Shown here in pieces: positions 61,001 to 64,000 of a DNA stretch of 64,000 bases. The translations under genes were made by a program, and so were the position numbers. The notes beneath the pieces were generated by a model. The model was given only the letters and a program-made list of their open reading frames with translations. It was not told the origin of the DNA and did no database searches. The stretch is from Owenia fusiformis (lineage: Eukaryota): NCBI GenBank assembly GCA_903813345.2, contig CAIIXF020000001.1, forward strand, positions 22,630,001 through 22,694,000, written 5' to 3'. Each line of letters begins with the position of its first letter. Positions within the stretch are counted from its first letter, which is position 1.

Positions 61001-63812
61001 ACTCATAAAAAATAATATGATGAAATGGATTCAAAGTACAATCAACAAAAGTTAAGTAAATAGTGAAAATGAGATCTGAAGACATTGAAATACAACGAAC
61101 ATTACAAATAAAGCAGGACAAAATATATCAGACATTGGAGACTTCATAAACTTCCATTTGGATATACTGCGAACAGACATATAGTGTTTACAACAAATGC
61201 TAGTTTGTTTTTAAAACATATTTCTAGTATAAACTATACAAAAAGTACATGTATACATAGAATTGTCGAGTATTTTACCATCTGAAATCTCCTTCGCTGC
61301 AAACAATGTAAGATAGCGTTCAACAGGCACATGCTTTAGTACCAATGTGCTCCACGAATAATTGTTTATAAGTTTACAAGTTAATAACTGTTTTATAGTA
61401 AGAACCTTTTAAATCATCAACATAATAATCTAATTAATTAGAACTTAACAAACCTCAAAAAATGGTCTCCTACATTTCATGATTTATAGTGTAAAATGAT
61501 AATTATGGTACTTTCCAAAGTACATATAGTCCATTTTACAAATTGAGCATAGGTGAAGATGAACTAAATGATAATAAAAACAGAGTAGAGCTCACCTCTG
61601 TGGGATCATCAAAGCGTGTATGTATGGGGGCATCAAGTCTATCACGTAGCCGACCTCTGCCAGTCTGAACTTTGTCTTTCTCTGCCTCTTCAGCTTCTTC
61701 CTACATGTTACAATAATCAAATATTATTGTATATTACATGGTACAATAACCAGCATTATTTTGTCTTACATGGTACAATAACCAGCATTATTGTATCTTA
61801 CATGGTACAATGACCGGCATTATTGTGTCTTACATGGTACAATAACCAGCATTATTGTATCTTACATGGTACAATGACCAGCATTATTGTATCTTACATG
61901 GTATAATAACCAGCATTATTGTATCTTACATGGTACAATAACCAGTATTATTGCATCTTACATGGTATAATAACAAATTTTATCATACATGGTGCAATAT
62001 CAAGACATTTCTGTTCCAATCATGGTTTGAATGTATATTTCAAAAAAAATGTGAGCTTTCCACCCCTCATCCAACAAAAAAAATATTTTACCATATTTCT
62101 CATTTATTTGGAGTTTGAACAAAATAGATTTACTCTACCTTGGCAGATGCCATCTTTAGTTTGAGCTTTTCACGCAATGTAAGCTTGAGATCTTTTCCTC
62201 CTTTTGGAACAGGGCTCTCAGTAGACCCTGGAATGCATACATCTACTTTAGGCTTGGATAATACATGTATGTATGTATGTACATACTCATGTTCAGGTTA
62301 AATGTACATGAAGTGTGCAATTATACTATAGTTTTTCATTATTTGTATTTTGTTTATTGAATGAAGGCAATAGTCTGGTTGAATGATAAATTCACTACAC
62401 AATGAAAACTGTCGAGTAGAACCTCTGAGTATTGGTCCAAATATTCCACTTAAACAGGTTTTGGTTGATGTAATAGTAAATTCTATCTAAGTATTTTGTG
62501 TTAAGCAGAAGATGTTCATAATATATTGACTAACCTCTACTTTCTTGCTTCCTCTCTCTTGGTGTAGGAGGCTTATCGGACTTGCTTGGTTTAACAGCTT
62601 TTCGTGGAGTTTCACCATCTTCAATGTCACCATTGACAGCTACAACAGCTGTTTCTAATGAAAGTTCAATTCCAAAATTATTAAACAGGCAATCACCAAA
62701 CTCATTTAATTACTCAAAGAATAAGAATCATTTGATTACACACTAAACTATACAAACAGGGCACCAAGAATCAAAGTTGTAATGTGTCTCTCAAAATATA
62801 TAAGGCGGCTTAGCCTCATTAGATACAAACAGGGCACCAAGAATCAAGTTGTAATGTGTCTCTCAAAATATATAAGGGAGCTTAGCCTCATTAAATACAA
62901 ACAGGGCACCAAGAATCAAAGTTGTAATGTGTCTCTCAAAATATATAAGGGAGCTTAGCCTCATTAAATACAAACAGGGCACCAAGAATCAAAGTTGTAA
63001 TGCGTCTCTCAAAATATATAAGGGAGCTTAGCCTCATTAGATACAAACAGGGCACCAAGAATCAAAGTTGTAATGTGTCTCTCAAAATATATAAGGGAGC
63101 TTAGCCTCATTAGATACAAACAGGGCACCAAGAATCAAAGTTGTAATGTGTCTCTCAAAATATATAAGGGAGCTTAGCCTCATTAAATACAAACAGGGCA
63201 CCAAGAATCAAAGTTGTAATGTGTCTCTCAAAGTATATACTGGAGCTTAGCCTCAATAGATATAATTTTCACTGCTTCACTGCAGTTTCCTGAGGTGTTT
63301 TTAATTCATGCTAGATTCATCGAATACACTTAAACAGCATTTTGCCTTTTTCAATTTACCTTCATCCTCTATAACCTCAATGACTCCATCATCATCATTG
63401 TCTTCCTCATCTTCGTGATCGACATCATCCTCATCTTCGTCTTCACCACCTGACAACTTCTGAGCTTCTAGAATTTTCTGTCTACTTCTTTTCTTCGCAT
63501 CGCGCATTTGTCCCTTGAAGTTCCCACCATCTGAGGCCAGCTCCTTTGTCAACTGTGGCAGAATAGCAGTATCAAAATTAAAAATGGATTACTTAATGAT
63601 TAAGTATAGTCATGTTTCAAAACATATCTAAGTTTTTCACTTGCATTAAAGAAGTAATCATAGGACAAGGGCTTCAATAGAAGCAAACAGTTTTTAGTGA
63701 TTTGTTGTTTAATTCTTTATCATTGTATCCTTTTCACCTGTTTTTGTTTGTCCTTTCTCCGCATAGTTAAGTTCTGCATCAAGGTCTCCGCTTCTCGGAC
63801 CTCATCAAGCAT
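21799..63812 (-). CDS. CC2D2A: Coiled-coil and C2 domain-containing protein 2A (MKS6/JBTS9 orthologue); 37 coding exons in window, 5' end possibly outside
   Basis: Manually spliced GT-AG exons join in frame (5064 nt). Recognisable conserved peptides: [49 protein letters not shown] (C2), [42 protein letters not shown] and the C-terminal [25 protein letters not shown]. Confidence 0.95.
22294..22454 (-). CDS. CC2D2A: CC2D2A exon 36
   Basis: PEALIYV…[15 protein letters not shown]…LLP; AG/GT bounded. Confidence 0.9.
22659..22781 (-). CDS. CC2D2A: CC2D2A exon 35
   Basis: VWANIQ…WKPFF…GLSSVQ. Confidence 0.9.
23024..23175 (-). CDS. CC2D2A: CC2D2A exon 34
   Basis: [12 protein letters not shown]…[14 protein letters not shown]. 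Confidence 0.9.
23529..23625 (-). CDS. CC2D2A: CC2D2A exon 33
   Basis: [32 protein letters not shown]. Confidence 0.9.
23976..24065 (-). CDS. CC2D2A: CC2D2A exon 32
   Basis: [12 protein letters not shown]…DIWSTCD. Confidence 0.9.
24092..24181. mobile_element. 90-bp MITE with TAG…CTA termini and 9-bp TSD
   Basis: TAGTCTTGCTCAAAGAC…GTCTTTTAAGCAAGACTA flanked by TAAAACATT at 24083-24091 and 24182-24190. Confidence 0.7.
24661..24861 (-). CDS. CC2D2A: CC2D2A exon 31
   Basis: FDTNEDEKL…[16 protein letters not shown]…. Confidence 0.9.
25454..25980. mobile_element. Degenerate TIR element
   Basis: GCATTATTGCAATTTTGTTCTAACTG … CAGTTGGAACAAAATTGCAATGATGC inverted pair about 500 bp apart. Confidence 0.45.
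26108..26299 (-). CDS. CC2D2A: CC2D2A exon 30
   Basis: [16 protein letters not shown]…[13 protein letters not shown]…. Confidence 0.9.
26391..26683. mobile_element. piggyBac-like MITE (TTAA target site)
   Basis: TTAA|CCTCTTGAATCCCAG … CTGGGTATTCAAGAGG|TTAA. Confidence 0.75.
28853..28951 (-). CDS. CC2D2A: CC2D2A exon 29
   Basis: [33 protein letters not shown]. Confidence 0.9.
29050..29201 (-). mobile_element. ~150-bp mini-HINE (Helentron-associated) family copy
   Basis: On +: AACAAGGCATTAGCATGC-AAAATGTCACC…ATTTGTTACAGATGCC…GGGTGACAAAAAA. Related copies at ~23280-23450, 29490-29618, 35062-35210, 38937-39070, 40757-40858, 45540-45627, 56736-56880 and 63962-64000. Confidence 0.6.
29290..29386 (-). 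CDS. CC2D2A: CC2D2A exon 28
   Basis: [32 protein letters not shown]. Confidence 0.9.
29669..30656. repeat. Minisatellite, ~21 x 47 bp
   Basis: Unit CATACAGGCTTAAGTGTATGATAATCAAACAGCCAATATGTCATCCT in near-perfect copies. Confidence 0.95.
30650..30897. mobile_element. 248-bp MITE with 9-bp TSD (copy 1)
   Basis: Termini CATCCTCC…GGAGGATG; TSD CCAATATGT at 30641-30649 and 30898-30906; homologous to 35842-36089. Confidence 0.85.
31195..32038 (+). mobile_element. HINE/DINE-1-like non-autonomous Helentron
   Basis: 11-bp subterminal IRs GCTCACACAGT (31200-31210) and ACTGTGTGAGC (32007-32017), (GTCC)n microsatellite near the 5' end, short 3' hairpin GACC-GTG-GGTC (32022-32032), T-rich flanks. Confidence 0.8.
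32196..32846 (+). CDS. Secreted collectin-like C-type lectin (signal peptide, coiled coil, short collagen, CTLD); intronless, nested antisense in a CC2D2A intron
   Basis: Hydrophobic N-terminus; [15 protein letters not shown] coiled coil; [19 protein letters not shown] with CPKGF…SCHKF…WTDALAFCQ…LVAIET…YWTGG…CLGL…WHDLTC…FICE. Confidence 0.9.
   Translation: MGIPMLCLLMIIAIVHLGHNAEAGKCPNLEKRLKDAQTELERLRNTGQCECSCMGQPGAPGPAGPPGPPLNQPKDCPKGFTKNEVLKSCHKFITNTKLMWTDALAFCQSLQANLVAIETHVEQLYLADKLTNGDLPTETWYWTGGNELCGTWEWAGGLSWTPKSITGYLNWDTTYELPQPQANDERCLGLHSEFTYKWHDLTCKSEEYFICEINLS
33278..33477. mobile_element. Tc1/mariner-type MITE (TA TSD)
   Basis: TA|CAGGGTACGGTTAAGTTGCAAATGGAG … CTCCATTTGCAACTTCGCTGTAGCCTG|TA. 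Confidence 0.7.
33760..34472. mobile_element. ~710-bp foldback element with very long imperfect TIRs (possibly Kolobok-like)
   Basis: AGGCCCATGTGCAGTATAGCAAGTGATTTTAGACAGTCATATCTTTCACCATGAGTA… mirrors …TACTCATGGTGAAAGATATGACCGCCTAAAATCACTTGCCATACTGCACGTGGACCT. Inner segments are also complementary; flanks are degenerate TTAA-like. Confidence 0.75.
34872..35051 (-). CDS. CC2D2A: CC2D2A exon 27 (C2 domain)
   Basis: SGNQSARG…[10 protein letters not shown]…[16 protein letters not shown]. Confidence 0.9.
35627..35794 (-). CDS. CC2D2A: CC2D2A exon 26
   Basis: [25 protein letters not shown]…[10 protein letters not shown]; the phase-compatible donor is AG|gtatgg. Confidence 0.85.
35842..36089. mobile_element. 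248-bp MITE with 9-bp TSD (copy 2)
   Basis: CATCCTCC…GGAGGATG; flanks GCATAAACT / GCACAAACT (1 mismatch). Confidence 0.85.
36331..36675. repeat. Degenerate ~30-bp minisatellite containing the exon-25 splice donor
   Basis: Unit ~CTCTATATACTCACCCTACATTAGAGACCAC = minus-strand AATGTAGG|GTGAGT…. Confidence 0.8.
36669..36853 (-). CDS. CC2D2A: CC2D2A exon 25
   Basis: EYEKKKK…FMQRVRE…[14 protein letters not shown]. Confidence 0.9.
37365..37574 (-). CDS. CC2D2A: CC2D2A exon 24
   Basis: GSNEDA…[13 protein letters not shown]…EFRNYKMIP…. Confidence 0.9.
37797..38848 (-). mobile_element. Internally deleted mariner transposon relic
   Basis: TA-flanked TIRs (T/C)GAGGGGTGATCAATAAGTAATGGACGCTTTTTTACA…, imperfectly extending ~190 bp. 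Internal ORF 38286-38489 carries the mariner motifs LLHVDNAPA and [13 protein letters not shown]. Confidence 0.85.
39101..39239 (-). CDS. CC2D2A: CC2D2A exon 23
   Basis: [12 protein letters not shown]…[22 protein letters not shown]. Confidence 0.9.
39488..40481. repeat. 122-bp tandem repeat made of the 3' part of CC2D2A exon 22 plus its GTAAGT donor
   Basis: Exon-end copies terminate at 40244, 40122, 40000, 39878, 39756 and 39634 (period 122), plus degenerate remnants down to 39488. Confidence 0.95.
40366..40513 (-). CDS. CC2D2A: CC2D2A exon 22
   Basis: tttag|[41 protein letters not shown]…AA|gtaagt. Confidence 0.85.
40980..41133 (-). CDS. CC2D2A: CC2D2A exon 21
   Basis: IFESRG…AELFVPIPE…[17 protein letters not shown]. 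Confidence 0.9.
42718..43815 (+). CDS. Class A (rhodopsin-like) GPCR, FMRFamide-receptor-like/orphan peptide or chemoreceptor type; intronless, nested antisense in a CC2D2A intron
   Basis: 365 aa, seven hydrophobic segments, N-glycosylated N-terminus. Motifs: GN in TM1, LAAVD in TM2, DRY…C-P after TM3, NSAINFLVY in TM7, FR in helix 8. Confidence 0.92.
   Translation: MNSTTNGNTSSVLTDVLTNTTDLDPLLNDTEHDGNIDIYCRYGYILKEYLDGYSNFITILYIISCIMTLLGMAGNILSIVVMSKYAKKTSRIILLQTLAAVDSIVLISMNVVVTLSGFSQFSDSVPVHAKWPHDFLNVVPYIFVLGPISVTLSEWMIVLVTVDRYIHICKPLLAKSLMTLKKAKVFIIITVVCAVIYNIPVWIDGSYPPKVAETYCGLYAYLRSRFQDVKLFNIIYYCIGNAVFRYTGPWVTVLVLNIKMIKAFRKNQDTANSNKQQKEDKKFTIQLIVIIFYFVFVSILFNVGIIIHTIYLYTEFNITKWKEVKRFVLATANVFLASNSAINFLVYFLIGKTFRNKLVQTLKCC
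44049..44131 (+). mobile_element. tRNA-derived SINE head / tRNA pseudogene
   Basis: A-box TAGCTCAGTGG and B-box GGTTCAATTCC; D, anticodon and T arms pair; acceptor stem is poor; TTTTT follows. Confidence 0.6.
46197..46281 (-). CDS. CC2D2A: CC2D2A exon 20
   Basis: [28 protein letters not shown]. Confidence 0.9.
46932..47024 (-). CDS. CC2D2A: CC2D2A exon 19
   Basis: GEQARRDEV…[13 protein letters not shown]. Confidence 0.9.
47274..47340 (-). CDS. CC2D2A: CC2D2A exon 18
   Basis: [21 protein letters not shown]. Confidence 0.85.
47480..47875. repeat. Degenerate ~22-bp tandem repeat (AAACTACACACTGGTGAAA core)
   Basis: Directly visible; abuts the exon-17 donor. Confidence 0.65.
47891..48023 (-). 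CDS. CC2D2A: CC2D2A exon 17
   Basis: QQRQADEK…[11 protein letters not shown]. Confidence 0.85.
48321..48404 (-). CDS. CC2D2A: CC2D2A exon 16
   Basis: [10 protein letters not shown]…ENAENE; phase 0/0. Confidence 0.8.
50286..52177. mobile_element. 1.9-kb non-autonomous DNA transposon with perfect 36-bp TIRs and 9-bp TSD (MULE-like)
   Basis: TIR GGTTATAATGAAAACACGCGCTACGCGCTAACGCGC; TSD ATTTTAAAA at 50277-50285 and 52178-52186; no transposase ORF. Confidence 0.85.
51024..51186. mobile_element. Small TIR element nested in the 1.9-kb transposon
   Basis: CTTGCCCGTAGCCAG…CTGGCTACGGGCCTG flanked by GTTGTGGGG on both sides. Confidence 0.7.
52940..53096 (-). CDS. CC2D2A: CC2D2A exon 15
   Basis: [20 protein letters not shown]…AWKTQRKEK (coiled coil). 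Confidence 0.9.
53822..53962 (-). CDS. CC2D2A: CC2D2A exon 14
   Basis: [39 protein letters not shown]. Confidence 0.9.
54070..54365. repeat. 16-bp minisatellite centred on the exon-13 splice donor
   Basis: Unit CAGCCCTACCTTATTT = minus-strand AAATAAG|GTAGGGCTG, about 18 imperfect copies. Confidence 0.9.
54351..54478 (-). CDS. CC2D2A: CC2D2A exon 13
   Basis: LTALKIST…RLRDYRTEI. Confidence 0.85.
55182..55391 (-). CDS. CC2D2A: CC2D2A exon 12
   Basis: [11 protein letters not shown]…[28 protein letters not shown]. Confidence 0.9.
55955..56077 (-). CDS. CC2D2A: CC2D2A exon 11
   Basis: [19 protein letters not shown]…ETEYRK. Confidence 0.9.
56553..56692 (-). CDS. CC2D2A: CC2D2A exon 10
   Basis: PTEKK…[15 protein letters not shown]…NRVEDRLL. 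Confidence 0.9.
57077..57217 (-). CDS. CC2D2A: CC2D2A exon 9
   Basis: SAPLISDF…[14 protein letters not shown]. Confidence 0.85.
57506..57545 (-). CDS. CC2D2A: CC2D2A exon 8
   Basis: [13 protein letters not shown]; required for phase compatibility. Confidence 0.75.
57916..58350. mobile_element. hAT-like non-autonomous element
   Basis: Termini CACTGCCCCCAG…CTGGGGGGAGTG, internal repeated CGGAATT/GCAGAATT motifs, imperfect 8-bp flanks AGATAAAA/ATATAAGA. Confidence 0.5.
58430..58612 (-). CDS. CC2D2A: CC2D2A exon 7
   Basis: [18 protein letters not shown]…. Confidence 0.85.
59090..59628. repeat. Purine-rich minisatellite (GGGGGTGGAGTAGGAGCAGA core)
   Basis: Alternating ~31- and ~41-bp units; the + strand is almost entirely G/A. 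Confidence 0.9.
59991..60292. mobile_element. Double-hairpin (palindromic) element
   Basis: Arms 59991-60024 / 60083-60116 with an inner CTGTATTGG/CCAATACAG stem. Second IR TTTATCGTGTGATC…GATCATACGATAAA with inner CTGTATTGCTACTGAGA/TCTCAGTAGCAATACAG. Confidence 0.6.
60554..60649 (-). CDS. CC2D2A: CC2D2A exon 6
   Basis: [15 protein letters not shown]…KVTSK; AG/GT, phase 0/0. Confidence 0.8.
61596..61700 (-). CDS. CC2D2A: CC2D2A exon 5
   Basis: [10 protein letters not shown]…RFDDPTE; AG/GT. Confidence 0.8.
61701..61975. repeat. ~33-bp minisatellite starting at the exon-5 acceptor
   Basis: Unit CTTACATGGTACAATAACCAGCATTATTGTAT, about 8 copies. Confidence 0.9.
62139..62227 (-). CDS. CC2D2A: CC2D2A exon 4
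   Basis: STESPVPK…[13 protein letters not shown]. Confidence 0.8.
62535..62654 (-). CDS. CC2D2A: CC2D2A exon 3
   Basis: TAVVAVNGD…[12 protein letters not shown]; phase 1/1. Confidence 0.75.
62751..63262. repeat. Minisatellite, 7 x 73 bp
   Basis: Unit TACAAACAGGGCACCAAGAATCAAAGTTGTAATGTGTCTCTCAAAATATATAAGGGAGCTTAGCCTCATTAGA starting at 62751, 62824, 62896, 62969, 63042, 63115 and 63188. Confidence 0.95.
63360..63552 (-). CDS. CC2D2A: CC2D2A exon 2 (in window)
   Basis: [13 protein letters not shown]…acidic tract…EDE. Confidence 0.8.
63738..63812 (-). CDS. CC2D2A: CC2D2A first exon visible in window
   Basis: ttttttag|ATGCTTGATGAG…AAACAG|gtgaaa; preceded by an acceptor, so further upstream exon(s) are likely. 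Confidence 0.7.
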
Positions 63813-64000
63813 CTAAAAAATCATAAGGAATGAAAATTGCTGTTTGTCATTCATACAAATTATACATCTATATGGTCTTATTAGTTCTAAGTGCTTTCTT
63901 TTCACATCTAGACATTAAGATTTCATGTAATAAACAATTAGATTATCCCCCAAACATTCCTACAGCAGGCATCAACATGCAAAATGTCACCAACTACCAT

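Overview
AT-rich, intron-rich eukaryotic (animal, probably marine invertebrate) genomic DNA with no prokaryotic features. (1) 1-13127 is a head-to-tail array of seven non-autonomous Helitron/Helentron-like units. Each contains internal tandem subrepeats and a microsatellite and ends in a hairpin followed by CTAG|TT. (2) 13334-17239 (+) is an uninterrupted 1301-aa ORF that fuses a GlnD/DUF294-like pol-beta-type nucleotidyltransferase module to 15 near-identical 43-aa TPR units. Variation among the units concentrates at ligand-contact positions. This is the best candidate for an undescribed sensor-enzyme system. (3) 21799-63812 (-) is CC2D2A (ciliary transition-zone protein), manually reconstructed as 37 phase-consistent GT-AG coding exons (5064 nt, 1687 aa), possibly continuing 5' beyond the window. 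Its introns host two intronless antisense genes: a collectin-like C-type lectin and a rhodopsin-class GPCR. They also host many MITEs and HINEs, a mariner relic and a tRNA-derived SINE. Several minisatellites have units that straddle exon/intron or transposon/flank junctions, producing runs of decoy splice sites.
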